Positions 30,201 through 39,083 of a stretch of DNA of 64,000 nt are shown piece after piece. The stretch is from Porphyridium purpureum (Eukaryota), in the NCBI GenBank assembly GCA_008690995.1, contig VRMN01000001.1, positions 3,224,001 to 3,288,000 of the forward strand, read 5' to 3'. The notes beneath the pieces are model-generated. The model searched no databases, was not told where the DNA came from, and saw only the letters and a list, made by a program, of their open reading frames with translations. Each line of letters starts with the position of its first letter. Positions within the stretch are counted from its first letter, which is position 1. The position numbers and the translations under genes are program-made.

Positions 30201-33174
30201 GCGTTAAGAATGTAGTAGCATCGCTACAATTTCGCCACGTTAGGTCATTCCTGGGCCCTGCAGAAAGTTCAACTTCATTCTCGCCGCTTGGATCATCGTC
30301 CTCCTTGTCATCGAGCGCCAACATCTTGCCAGAAAGACCCGTCTCCAGGTTCAAAGGATGGAACATTATGTGCTCCGACTTCTGAGCGGTGCCTGCGTCG
30401 TTCCCATCTTCTTCTCCGCTGTCAACGGGGCCACCGTGAAACCTGGAGTGCTCAATTTGTTGCCACGAATCGGAGACACATTTTTTAAGCATTTGGGATA
30501 GCTGCGCATCGTGACTTGATACGTCTACAAGTACTGCGTACAAAGCTCCCGCGAGTGGCCACAAGATCGAGAACTTGCTCCTCAGAACACGCAATGTGAA
30601 GCATGCAAGAGCGCGATAGATGTCCTCAGGCCCTGTCTCTTCCTGGTCACTACCAGGCAAGTCACTTGAATCGTTGCTGAAGCTCTCTACCCAGGGCGAG
30701 AAGTTGCGCTGCTTGCAGAGCATCGTGAGGCGCTGAAGGATGAATCGAGCGCGATCCATCTCGAGCACCGTTTCCATTTTGCAAGTCCATAACTCTAAGC
30801 ACAGCGTAAACACACAATCTGCGCTCGCGGCTGGCTCTGCCCGTCTCTGATCGCGATGCGCCGAAATCCAATGCGATTCTACTCGTGATAAAAGCTTGCA
30901 CCCAAGCAAAACAACTTGTGGGGTTTCTGAGCTAAGCGCTGGACAAGCAAGAGTCTTGATCAGGAAGGACCTGCGAGCCTTTGACGCAAGGTAAGTGTCG
31001 CTAAATACGACATTTGCTGCCTGCAGAAGGGCGGCGCAACACACATTTGAACGTAATGAGGACAGCAATGGTTCCAAATACTTGGAGATCGAATCCGCTT
31101 CTCCCTGCTTCTGTGTCACAAGTGCCTGCAAGGCACATGAGTACAACTCCGGCGATTCATCAATTGAGACCGACCCATGCACAAGCTGCTCCAGAAGCGC
31201 AACCACATTTGAGGTCTCAGTGAACTGTACAATCTGAAGGAGGCTCAGACACTTTGCCAGCGTTCTGCCGTCAGAACTGCCATGATCCAGATGCTGTTTC
31301 AGGCATTTACACACGCCATTCTCCAAGAGGGATAGCCACGGACTCGCGTCGTAGGACACAGACGACACCGAAAAAATGTTAGTTCTGTCAGTTGGATTCG
31401 TTTCAAGATCTGCGCATTTCTTGACGTATTGAAGAATGCTGTCCAAAACCTCAAAAAGAGACATGCGAGGAGCATTCGGCAGAACGATTGTGTGACTAGA
31501 ACCTGTCGCCTTTCCTTTCCCTTTGGCACGCCTTGCGCTTTTCACACTGCCGATTTCAGCGTGATCGCTGGAATTCTCCAGCTGATCGCAGCAAAGTTGC
31601 ACGAACAGCTCCTCGTAGGCATCAAAACCAGCACACGGCAGAAAAGATAGCAAACGAATGAGCCGTATGGGCAATTCTGCGTGATCACGACGCTCACAAA
31701 TATCGCGGAGCGACGCCAAGCTCTCAAGAACCAAAGAATTTTCCAGATTGTTCCAAAAATCCTGAAGAATCATCACAATTACAAGCACAGCCTCCTGAAC
31801 CACTACTGAGAGGGTCGCCTCTTCCTCTTGCTTTGTAAGCTCCGTGCCGTTCTGTCCTTCTTGCTTCACGATATCAAGTGCTATTCTGAATAAGGATTCG
31901 GCGTGCTCGAGCTCGAGGCGAAAGCGGCTTCGTTCCGTTGTCTGTCTATGCTTCTCCAAAGATATTTTACGCATCACACGCATCACGAAGAACGCTGCTC
32001 TTGTTGCTTTCCCGGAAGCAGGAGATGCATGATTGAGCAGAAATTCAAAAAGCTGGTTTTGGGCTCCGGGAGCTATCGAAGACGATCCGGATTTCAGTTT
32101 CACAAGTGCACCAGTGAGCAAAGCAATCGGGTCACTAGTGAGTTGTAACTCGAAAATAGCCAGGATCACCGCCTTGAAACAAGAGTGTACGAGCTCGCTT
32201 CCACTAGGACCCCGCACGGCTTCTGCAACGGTGGATTGGGCAGTATCATGTGCTTGATCCAATACAGCGCCATCCAAGCCTCGTCTCGTACGACTCTCTT
32301 CGTTTTCGTCTTCATTGTCATATTCAATTAACCGTGGTGAGACCGAGCTAGTCATCCAGCTCAAAAACTGCCGCACGGCATCACGCCTCGAACTCACTTT
32401 TCTTATAATCAATGCACCCACACTTTCAGCCCACATACTTCGTATCCGCGGGTGCGCGCGTTGAATCAACTCGGCACTTGTCAAGAAGAAGACGTAGAAA
32501 GGATCTTGCTCATGATTGCGCAACTCTTTCGTGGCTGTCGCCCGGACGGTTTCGTCCTCTGCGTGCAGGCGCTTGAACATCATTTTGACCAGCCGTGCCC
32601 AGCACAGAAAGCATGGTTTCAGCACGAGATCTGGATCCCAGAAGTGCGGCTGACTCTTGCCATTGCATCCAATGAGAGCGCAGAGCGCAAAGACGATCTG
32701 CGGGAAGGACTGGGCGAGCAACTCTTGCCCGACGTCGCGCTGCAGCGCAACAATGAGTTCGCAAAGCGGGGAGAACATGCCCGCTTCACGAGCGACTTGA
32801 TCTGAATGAACGCCGGCCTTGGCAATGCGCTGCTCCAGAGCGCGCATTTCGTCCAAAAGCAACTGCAAAATCTGTTTGGAGTGAAAATAAACAGTCTGCA
32901 GCGAGATACAGAGCGGTTTGAGTTGTCCGACAAGGTCTGCGAATGCCGGGTGCAGCTCCATCAAAGACTGCGACTGCACACATTCGGAAAGAAAGCTCCA
33001 CGAGGTATCTGCCTGCTCGCCGGGCGGCTGCGGGAGCGCCGCGGCGCCGCTGCGCACCCGCGCATTCGCGAGTCGAGTCTTGAGCGGCTCGAAGCGCAGC
33101 CGCGGCGCTGCGCGACCATCGTCTCCTCGCTCGCGGCCATCTGGAACCAGCGCCTTCTTCCGCACGCCCGCCAT
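24262..33174 (-). CDS. UTP20: U3 snoRNP / SSU processome component UTP20 (HEAT repeats), single exon of about 2970 aa
   Basis: N-terminal RLRFEPLKTRL, DFFLNVAHIQVHRRARALRR, QFLLHYPL..QLEFAYAEGRMSAL, and a basic C-terminus with P..AARRK. ATG at 33174. Confidence 0.93.
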   Translation of the reverse strand: MAGVRKKALVPDGRERGDDGRAAPRLRFEPLKTRLANARVRSGAAALPQPPGEQADTSWSFLSECVQSQSLMELHPAFADLVGQLKPLCISLQTVYFHSKQILQLLLDEMRALEQRIAKAGVHSDQVAREAGMFSPLCELIVALQRDVGQELLAQSFPQIVFALCALIGCNGKSQPHFWDPDLVLKPCFLCWARLVKMMFKRLHAEDETVRATATKELRNHEQDPFYVFFLTSAELIQRAHPRIRSMWAESVGALIIRKVSSRRDAVRQFLSWMTSSVSPRLIEYDNEDENEESRTRRGLDGAVLDQAHDTAQSTVAEAVRGPSGSELVHSCFKAVILAIFELQLTSDPIALLTGALVKLKSGSSSIAPGAQNQLFEFLLNHASPASGKATRAAFFVMRVMRKISLEKHRQTTERSRFRLELEHAESLFRIALDIVKQEGQNGTELTKQEEEATLSVVVQEAVLVIVMILQDFWNNLENSLVLESLASLRDICERRDHAELPIRLIRLLSFLPCAGFDAYEELFVQLCCDQLENSSDHAEIGSVKSARRAKGKGKATGSSHTIVLPNAPRMSLFEVLDSILQYVKKCADLETNPTDRTNIFSVSSVSYDASPWLSLLENGVCKCLKQHLDHGSSDGRTLAKCLSLLQIVQFTETSNVVALLEQLVHGSVSIDESPELYSCALQALVTQKQGEADSISKYLEPLLSSLRSNVCCAALLQAANVVFSDTYLASKARRSFLIKTLACPALSSETPQVVLLGCKLLSRVESHWISAHRDQRRAEPAASADCVFTLCLELWTCKMETVLEMDRARFILQRLTMLCKQRNFSPWVESFSNDSSDLPGSDQEETGPEDIYRALACFTLRVLRSKFSILWPLAGALYAVLVDVSSHDAQLSQMLKKCVSDSWQQIEHSRFHGGPVDSGEEDGNDAGTAQKSEHIMFHPLNLETGLSGKMLALDDKEDDDPSGENEVELSAGPRNDLTWRNCSDATTFLTQVGKALNKELLDFAKRNIEFVWSDLILKACQMGVRSAASRAETSAIAETDKSNILLPPQRLMLRGKGADVLLAELFGLGQQLGGLRSIAFNGRLEAVARQALLEGLSIPNDKVQLAALKCLFRSRSRSLEQDKESLLRLADDDTFREELTLLIARKSEEQARAELDDLWMHTVIRLLFGKMQGGGSKHGGGSGSGHEQKARRMLCFTFFGSCLPESGLHTLIELILEPLVRPDCGTTNALPNYRVQLGILNALEGVIGRLGMQLSLHHWQHCVEIVGQVLISALTSESSTSKLIKEVRSQAARRLVEAVELRPIGIEHLVKPVLYSMRAPFDVIQISGAAAPALLCVISAVASSPNLAMRRLFFCDTGDMMGLLVKALYLYTGDEEQQFSDALMDPVLRILDALAQDHALRVQEHNQENADLLHAMTHFVHSRVRIFCKQAVHSHSKRAFVQASPTLLHVLRIWNHEFAFLAAQFSLEPFQHLCEIVRFYCTGGDDDAVNSRHALGGWKGESNTKVRALVVQSLLACSLMLKGRKVATCTEDRKGELSEDACSALVSLYDVLVPLFAFKAVSEDFELRNGIMEVLMMVSQLDEPNAATKKASLVITEALYKCVFESDGASVELFSELSHCLQEFRQRQQRMPELLQQEKETSVTPVFVEDQSLNQIPVQGTVLAGLIGPWLSLASLKVVAQTALRCVLDGDLASRGSAARFLEHYADCLAATSSGSARSLNELIVMLRGALISRVGSPTACGEIARILRFCVLESVPGLSRAADLLRPLTRVDEPEADFFLNVAHIQVHRRARALRRVPVCLAAMDPSAESESRAAAQRSLVHVFLLPFAHSYAASYARVLRQGQGQVQTAGAEDVFSACMDMVQNIVQYLSWTQFRRVFVMALRMCESQRRAAEETSHLNHAHDHRSVFVYNQLLVAVANGFKRESETANEDEVGGKETESESGSTDKVDEFLANRCIPTLVSKIFAQSKSQRTADHFQPAFAAAAARLCTQITEHQRDLVVPVLAAQLMNGLHSGDIRTCEAAKQAVLRVCLQLGSRYFGFVMDQIFEQIPREGFRRYRSLECHAYILKGVVAAAADKQKDGGEHSQLLVDGAVDSCLKCVIGHLETLDDDAFDEAFARKSAKESALKKMSDVIECLARQIDFAESVAGLLRPLAELAERVASTKERRRLMELMRRLVVGIAANKSVCENDAIRFVHTLLLKYTPAALRGEEHENGSVVQNKYGNEFLVVLFALQLLNAFLAKEVIKSHDSSKAQNQQKTGSYDNAETPAATGEASLTLLDPFLELVLPALKSRHDELTLEALRVSSRLLKAPRVRGKDKLADAFAESLILILSQTSVASGQTAGSGDLLTLHVACLRFGGVLFTDTSGAVQNSRVKALLAIVHEILSGSGGSFSREAVQAAMALFKGIVSRVIMLPLVYDIADMLLKRSVSSQNVAMRVSANDILLQFLLHYPLSEGKVRYHFAFIVKQLEFAYAEGRMSALTLLDGMIRNFPAALLDQEGEYLFLPLASALTSDEDEIVRTTSGNVLVRLAVKVSDRVFEVMQQMTRTWWGGRSENLKLVAASVTRYLAGDAVHSKRPLGRKTQRVLLSLALAALKVQKKDRSVSWPLLQAALDAVHAICETENSGLTWYDDTELVDLWAYLAEARDAHLWPSKAQSVRCRLLHAHLATFVRSSGVLPSCDYLRDARYLSAHPGCIRELLKSLCNLVELLEGREEESYAESVVEALGLIAVLVTADPSVGRPAGLANENGQSRTDETWDVDDAGDFENESGISCVNVALRWLINRLAGIACRVGTAKESAFMRRAVAMRCLLTVCTWLDASVLAPFHSVLARAVYYCTHEHDAAEREVMGNGGTVVTGEASSTAPPAAQTAMVHVARMMQEWMQDSVPDFFGLYAAEQRRAEAHRRERKRRRAVEAAAHPELAARRKRSKLQHKKEKRRAASETRRAVHGGVKFSKASFNPLENE

Positions 33175-33822
33175 ACTTACCGTCTCCCCTTCTCTCCCTC
33201 TGACTAGACCACGCCAGTCGCCGGCGATGGAGCGCGAGCAATGTAAGCAAGTTACCCTAATCGCCCGCAACTGTACCTTTTGCCTTCAGCCCGATTTCTT
33301 CGGTGGGGAATCCCGCCGCGCCGAAACCGGGAACCGCCAACCGCAAAACCAGTTGAGCGCGACAGAGCCAGACCAAGCCAGTATCCTTTCAAGCCCGCAT
33401 GCAAACTCTGTACCGACGACAGCCACAACGGCCAGGCTCCGCGCCGAGCTTCGCGCGCGGTTCTACTTTCCTCCTTACCCGCGAACAATCTGTTTCACGC
33501 CTCCGGTAAAGTTACGGACCATCACGGCACAAGATTCGTATCGGTTACCGGGATTTCGTTACCGGTTACCGGCTAGCGGTTACTGGTTAACGGGTTGGCC
33601 ATCAACCGATACGGCGCACCTTCTTCATAGGCAAAGCTCACTGAGCGAAGTACCTCGCCAGGTTTCTTGAGGGATTCGTTTATCATGTTTCGACGCTGTT
33701 TCATGATATTCTGAGCAACAGCGAAAGGCATCAAGACGTCGGAACATGGCAGAGGAGAACAGGGGATAGACAGAAAGGGCGTACGGGGGAGGAGAGGTCA
33801 GGGCTTGCGGGGAACGTGGAGG

Positions 33823-34521
33823 ATGTCAGACGCGTTGATTACGGCTCTGACCGAGCTCGACCTGCAAAGAGTCGAGGCGGTAATCAGAGGGAATCCGGAC
33901 TCGGTAAATGGTGAGATTAGGTTTCGCAACATGACGCCGCTCCACTGCGCCGCATGGCTGGATTTTCCACAAGCAGTGAAACTGCTTCTCAGCCATGGCG
34001 CAGACCCGCATAAAAAGACGCAGGGTGAGATGACCCCCCTGCACTATGCGGTCTCGGCGAACGACCCCAGTTCCACCTTGATGCTCTTGGAGGCAGGAGC
34101 AGGCGTTGACGCAGAGAGCTCGTCCAAGCTGACTCCGCTGCATGCTGCCGCGGCAAACGGGCGTAAAGATAATGTCATAATACTTTTAGAGCGCGGCGCA
34201 GATTTGCGACGGGCGGAGGAACTCCGCAAGAAAACTGCGTTGCATTTTGCTGTTGAGCACAACCACCCGGATGTTGTGGATGTCCTCCTTGAACGTATGG
34301 CGCAGTCACGAGTCGGGGATGTGAACGCTGTCGACGTGGACGACTGGACGCCTTTGCATCTGGCTTCGCGGTTCAATCTCACGGAAATCGCTAGGAAGCT
34401 TGTTGAAGCTGGCGCTGAGGCTGACATCATGAACAAGGCCGGGGAGACGGCGCTGGATGTCGCTTCTTTCTACACCAACACGGAGATGTTTGTGTACCTT
34501 TTTCTCTCCATCCTGGGGTAA
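33823..34521 (+). CDS. Ankyrin repeat protein
   Basis: Repeated TPLHCAA, TPLHYAV, TPLHAAA, TALHFAV, TPLHLAS and TALDVA motifs. Confidence 0.93.
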   Translation: MSDALITALTELDLQRVEAVIRGNPDSVNGEIRFRNMTPLHCAAWLDFPQAVKLLLSHGADPHKKTQGEMTPLHYAVSANDPSSTLMLLEAGAGVDAESSSKLTPLHAAAANGRKDNVIILLERGADLRRAEELRKKTALHFAVEHNHPDVVDVLLERMAQSRVGDVNAVDVDDWTPLHLASRFNLTEIARKLVEAGAEADIMNKAGETALDVASFYTNTEMFVYLFLSILG

Positions 34522-35353
34522 TCCACGTCGCCATAAAGTGCACAATCCAATACCAAAGATGTGATAAAGGAACGACGCTTTCTTGCCCGCTGCGTGTCGT
34601 GGCTTTCATGCACGTGGATTTGCCTTTCGCATTCATCACACTTTGGGCGGGTTCTTCGGTGATTAGGTGTGCTGTTTTGCAATAACATTGCCAGTCTTTG
34701 CTCTGGCCTTCAGCCGTGCCGGGATAGAACTTCCACCTAGGCTTCTACGCTTCGGTGACTGCAAGCGCATGTCCATATGATGAGGTCACTGGGGTTCGCG
34801 GAACTCCATGGCGATGTCTCAACACGCTCTGGCGAGCGGGGGCTGTGTGAAGCAACGTACCAAGTAGCCGCGGGGTCGCGGAGCCGGAAAAGACAGGTGC
34901 CTCGTGTAAGATTCGGTGGTCACACGCTCTGCGTCGAGCTTCATGCACGGGTTGTCCCCTGCAACCCGGCTTGTGTGCAGTTGTTGCCATGTGACGTCCG
35001 CAAGCACGCATGCGCGTTCAACACTCACTCCCGAGTCGGCGTCTCGGTTTCATATGAACCGTTAACTGTTAAACCGTTCTGCCGCTTCGTGTACAGCTCT
35101 ATATTGCGCGAAAGGTGTCTAACTGTACCTCATCCCCTGTTTTTGTACGCCTGCGCGCGCGCGTTTCATGTTTCAATTGCCGAGGCCAGTTTACTATGTG
35201 TGCTTCATAAATGGGTCCAGTTTACTAGAGAGAAGGTGAGAGGAAAGCGATGGGATGAAACGGACGTGAAGGTCGTGAAGGGGAAGAGAGGGGAAGGGTG
35301 GCTGGATCCGCGTGGAATGGTTGGGGGTGCAGAAGGTTGCGTGAAAGGTGAGC

Positions 35354-37567
35354 ATGTCGACTAGCAGGCGATCGAAGGGCCGGCGCGGTGGAACGGCGTC
35401 GGCGACTCCCGCGGCGGACGCCGCGCCGCACGTGCCAGGGGGGGATCGGCACGACGACAGCGCGGACGACGCGGAGAACATGAACAGCTGGGCGCGGCGA
35501 AGCATGCACAACACGCCCGCGCGCAAGGGCGCGCAGCATGGAGCGCGGGATCTGATGATGAGCGACGATGAGCACGCTGATGCGCGAGGCGGAACAAACC
35601 CAGGCGACGCGGCTGGCTCCTTGTCCGCCCAGCGCGACTCGATCATGGCGCGGCTCAGGCATGAGATCAGCAACGCATTGTCGCCGCGTAGGACGCGCTC
35701 GAAAAGCGCTGCTGCGACGCCACTGCAGCAAGCCGTAGAACGGCTTCCAAATCACATGGGTGAAGGCGCCGCGTCGCCGGGAGCCGACGACCTGCTGTTT
35801 TCTCCGCGCTCGCCGCACCGGAGGGAAAGCGGGCGCTTTGCGGCTCTGCTCTCTCCGCGTCCAGCGACAGGAGTACCCTATGTGGTGCCCGTATGGGCGC
35901 TTCTCCTTGTCGGGCTGGTGGCCGCCGTCCTCTTCTTCTACTTATTTCTGCCGTACGCTCGGTCAAAGGTGCCGCCCGAGTTTGCCCATGCTGCCAAGCA
36001 AACTGCACAGAAGCCGTTTGTGCTCGCCGAACAAGCTGCGTCCCGGTCTGTGGCGCGGGTGCAAGCATGGTCTGCTAGCGCTAGTCGCAAAACTCGGAAC
36101 ATAATGAAGGCACAATTCACCAAATTGGAGCCGTTACATCAGTGGGTCAGCGCCAAGAGCAGTGCGCTTCTTGCGCGCTTAGGCATGGACGAGGCTAGCC
36201 TCGCTGAATGGGCTCGGGAACGCGCCATTGTGAATGCAGTGAAAGCAAAGCAGCGCGAGGCGCGTGCGCAGTTGAGGCTGAGGGAAACGGCCGCGAACAA
36301 GGCCCGTTATGCTGCGAAGCACGCGGAACGCGAAAAGCGTAAACAAATGGAACTTTCCAAACGCACGGAGCGCAAGGAAAAGAGCCGTGCAAGACGGGCT
36401 GAATTTTACCGGCAGGCAAAGGTGACCATGGACATCATGGTCGAGCGAGCAGAGCAACGGCTCGCCCGACTACGTCCATCGCTGCCCCGTCCATCTCTGG
36501 GATCCATGTCGCAATCTCTCAAACAAAAAGCCCGGGCCGTGACCCTTCCGCGACTGCAGTCACCGCTGCCTTGGCTTCGCTCCCAGAGCGCAAAGCTGTC
36601 GAGCAATGTACGAATGTTCGCAGTCCGTATGGCAAACTCGGCAAATGCCCGAGCTGTTGCATTTTTCCGCTTTCCGATGGATTTGATTGTGCAGATGCAG
36701 GATTCGCTGTACGAGCGACTTTCCGACCTTTTCATAGCGTTGTACGAGGGCTCGTTTGGCCGCGCGGGGGAAACATTGCGCGCGAAGCGCAAGAGTTTTG
36801 TGTTCGATGACTTGAAATTCAGCGAGTTTGAAAATCGCGTGCGCGAATTGGTTGAGAGGGAAGCGCGCAACGCCGTGGCGAGTGAGTACAAGGTGTACGC
36901 TGATCAGCAGGATGCGGTTAGCAGACTGGCCTCAGCGCGCCGCATTCGGGATTTTGAAAATGTCGCCGAACGCGTGCTGGAGCGATTCTCTGCAGACAAG
37001 GGTACGAGGCCAGACTATGCGCTCTTGTCGGCGGGGGCTTATGTGCTGAGCTCAGAGCCATCGCGTGCCACACAGCTTGCCGATTTTGCAAGAAATCGGC
37101 TGAACACATTCATCCAAAACAGTGGCTACCGAGTGCCAGTCCCGAAAGCGCCCAGCACAGCGCTGCAACCAGACACAAGTCCAGGAAACTGCTGGGCGTT
37201 TGTGGGTGCGCAGGCAACCCTCAAGATTCACTTGGCGCGACCTGTCGTCGTCGATGAGGTCACCATCGATCATGCGGCATACCATTCTACCTTTTCGGTA
37301 TCCTCGGCACCGAAGCACTTTCAAGTGGTAATTCTGCTTTTAGATGGTACGCGTCTTTTCGGTGGCGACTTTGAGTTTCACGCGGGTCCGTTCTTTTCGT
37401 CGACGCAACATTTCAGCATCAAAGGCAGCACCGCCAAAGATGCGGGCCCGCCTGGTGTGCAGCAGGCAGCGCGTGCCGTTGAGCTCAAGGTGCTTTCCAA
37501 TCATGGGAATGAAGCGTATACGTGCCTTTATCGGTTCCGTGTACACGGTAGAGAGGTGACCTTTTGA
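35354..37567 (+). CDS. SUN-domain (Sad1/UNC-84) nuclear envelope protein
   Basis: SPR-rich nucleoplasmic N-terminus, a TM helix, coiled coil, and C-terminal PDYALLSAGA, PGNCWAF, VTIDH, SSAPKHF and NHGNEAYTCLYRFRVHG. Confidence 0.93.
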   Translation: MSTSRRSKGRRGGTASATPAADAAPHVPGGDRHDDSADDAENMNSWARRSMHNTPARKGAQHGARDLMMSDDEHADARGGTNPGDAAGSLSAQRDSIMARLRHEISNALSPRRTRSKSAAATPLQQAVERLPNHMGEGAASPGADDLLFSPRSPHRRESGRFAALLSPRPATGVPYVVPVWALLLVGLVAAVLFFYLFLPYARSKVPPEFAHAAKQTAQKPFVLAEQAASRSVARVQAWSASASRKTRNIMKAQFTKLEPLHQWVSAKSSALLARLGMDEASLAEWARERAIVNAVKAKQREARAQLRLRETAANKARYAAKHAEREKRKQMELSKRTERKEKSRARRAEFYRQAKVTMDIMVERAEQRLARLRPSLPRPSLGSMSQSLKQKARAVTLPRLQSPLPWLRSQSAKLSSNVRMFAVRMANSANARAVAFFRFPMDLIVQMQDSLYERLSDLFIALYEGSFGRAGETLRAKRKSFVFDDLKFSEFENRVRELVEREARNAVASEYKVYADQQDAVSRLASARRIRDFENVAERVLERFSADKGTRPDYALLSAGAYVLSSEPSRATQLADFARNRLNTFIQNSGYRVPVPKAPSTALQPDTSPGNCWAFVGAQATLKIHLARPVVVDEVTIDHAAYHSTFSVSSAPKHFQVVILLLDGTRLFGGDFEFHAGPFFSSTQHFSIKGSTAKDAGPPGVQQAARAVELKVLSNHGNEAYTCLYRFRVHGREVTF

Positions 37568-37662
37568 AAGTGTATGTACTCAGTGTTTTTCGTATGTCTC
37601 ATGATTTTATTCTCGCAACGTAAGGTCCTCAGATATCCCTCCGGTTATCTCTTGGAAATGTT

Positions 37663-37878
37663 TTACTTATCCGGATTGATAGCGTCCGACGCCGTCTTCT
37701 GCGCGTTCTTCGCTTTCTCAGAGACGCTGTTTGCGGCGTCTCCAACGTTGGCCTGCGCGGCATCCTTCGAGGCCTCGGCTGCGTCCTTTGCGTCCTGCTT
37801 TGCCTTCTCGGCCTTCTCTTCCGGTGTGCGCTCCACCAGGCCCACGGCCACTCCTGCGTTATGCAATGCGTCCTGCAT
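37663..37878 (-). CDS. Small hydrophilic LEA-like (group 3-like) protein, 71 aa
   Basis: Ala/Lys/Asp/Glu-rich amphipathic repeats (KAEKAKQDAKDAAEASKDAAQ), good ATG context (ttcaacATG) and an upstream TATA box. Confidence 0.7.
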   Translation of the reverse strand: MQDALHNAGVAVGLVERTPEEKAEKAKQDAKDAAEASKDAAQANVGDAANSVSEKAKNAQKTASDAINPDK

Positions 37879-38022
37879 GTTGAATCTCGTGTCCGTCGAC
37901 CTATTTCACTTCTCCGCTGATCTCCTTTGCTCAAGTGGGTGAGAGGGTAAGAGTCGTTGCTAAGATTGTGTAGTCGGGTAACTATTCCATGACGCTTTCT
38001 TGTTTCGTCTGCTGGTCCATCC

Positions 38023-38030
38023 TTTATATA
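38023..38030 (-). promoter_or_regulatory. TATA box for the LEA-like gene
   Basis: CTATATAAAGG on the minus strand about 150 nt upstream of the ATG at 37878. Confidence 0.55.
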
Positions 38031-38342
38031 GGGCGTGAGCTTGAAGGCAAGTGATTCCAGAATGGAACTGAGCCGGGGCACATGCCAGGCAGGCGCGAGC
38101 GCTCCGACTTGGCGCTCCACCTGGAAACCTACCAAAGCCGAAAATCGGTCGACCGAACGATCCAAAAATCTGGGTACACTTCCGCAGTACCTCGAGCCTT
38201 GTCAACGCAGGCACCGGGGCACGCGGGGTGCACTGGGCATTGCGTGTGAGGCGATGGTATGGTCAAAGGTGGTAGACAACATGGCGGCAGCTCGCCTAGA
38301 GGCAAGTCGGGCGGGTCGGCGCGAGCGGGCGCGCGGCTGCCA

Positions 38343-39083
38343 ATGCCGACGGTGACCTCGCAAGCGGCGCGCCGCGGCGGGTATGACAGCAGTGATGTGG
38401 ATGATTACACCAACGCCAAGCTGCGAACCGCCGCAGCAAAGCAGCTGCATCGGGCGCCCGCGGCACATGTCTTGGCAGATGTGAAGTCGTATGATCACTC
38501 GTACGAAGAGCTCGCAGACTTTCGGACGCACGGAAGGCGCTTCTGGAGGGTGTTTGTGCGCCGCATTGTCGTGCTGATCGCGCTCATGGTTGCGCAGTCC
38601 GCGTCTTCAATCATTCTGGACGCATACGCCCCGATGCTGAAGGAGCACTTTCTGGTGACCCTTTTCTTGACCATGATTGTGGGCGCCGGTGGGAACGCCG
38701 GAAATCAGTCGACTGTGATGACCGTGCGTGGGCTAGCGGTTGGAAAAATTCACAAGGTGAATAGATACAAAGTAATGCTGCGTGAAATCGCGCTCGGTGG
38801 CTTGATTGGCCTTGTGTTGGCCGCCGTGAGCTTCATTCGCGTCTACCTTTTCCATCGCTCCTTTGTTGCATCGCTTGCGATCAGCCTGGCTTGCTTCCTC
38901 GTGGTCGGGAGCGCGACCTTTTTCGGCACGCTTCTTCCGTTGGCGCTAGCCGCCATGAAGCTCGACCCGGCGCATGGTGGGCCTGCCATTCAGGTGACCA
39001 TGGATATCTTTGGAGTGTTTATCACGTGCGCTTGTAGCGCTGGCTTTTTCCGGATGGCCGGAGCTGCCATAGCAGAAAAATAA
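38343..39083 (+). CDS. MgtE-family divalent cation transporter (membrane domain only, no CBS domains)
   Basis: GAGGNAGNQST..VRGLA and DPAHGGPAIQVTMDIFG, five TM segments. ATG at 38343. Confidence 0.9.
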   Translation: MPTVTSQAARRGGYDSSDVDDYTNAKLRTAAAKQLHRAPAAHVLADVKSYDHSYEELADFRTHGRRFWRVFVRRIVVLIALMVAQSASSIILDAYAPMLKEHFLVTLFLTMIVGAGGNAGNQSTVMTVRGLAVGKIHKVNRYKVMLREIALGGLIGLVLAAVSFIRVYLFHRSFVASLAISLACFLVVGSATFFGTLLPLALAAMKLDPAHGGPAIQVTMDIFGVFITCACSAGFFRMAGAAIAEK

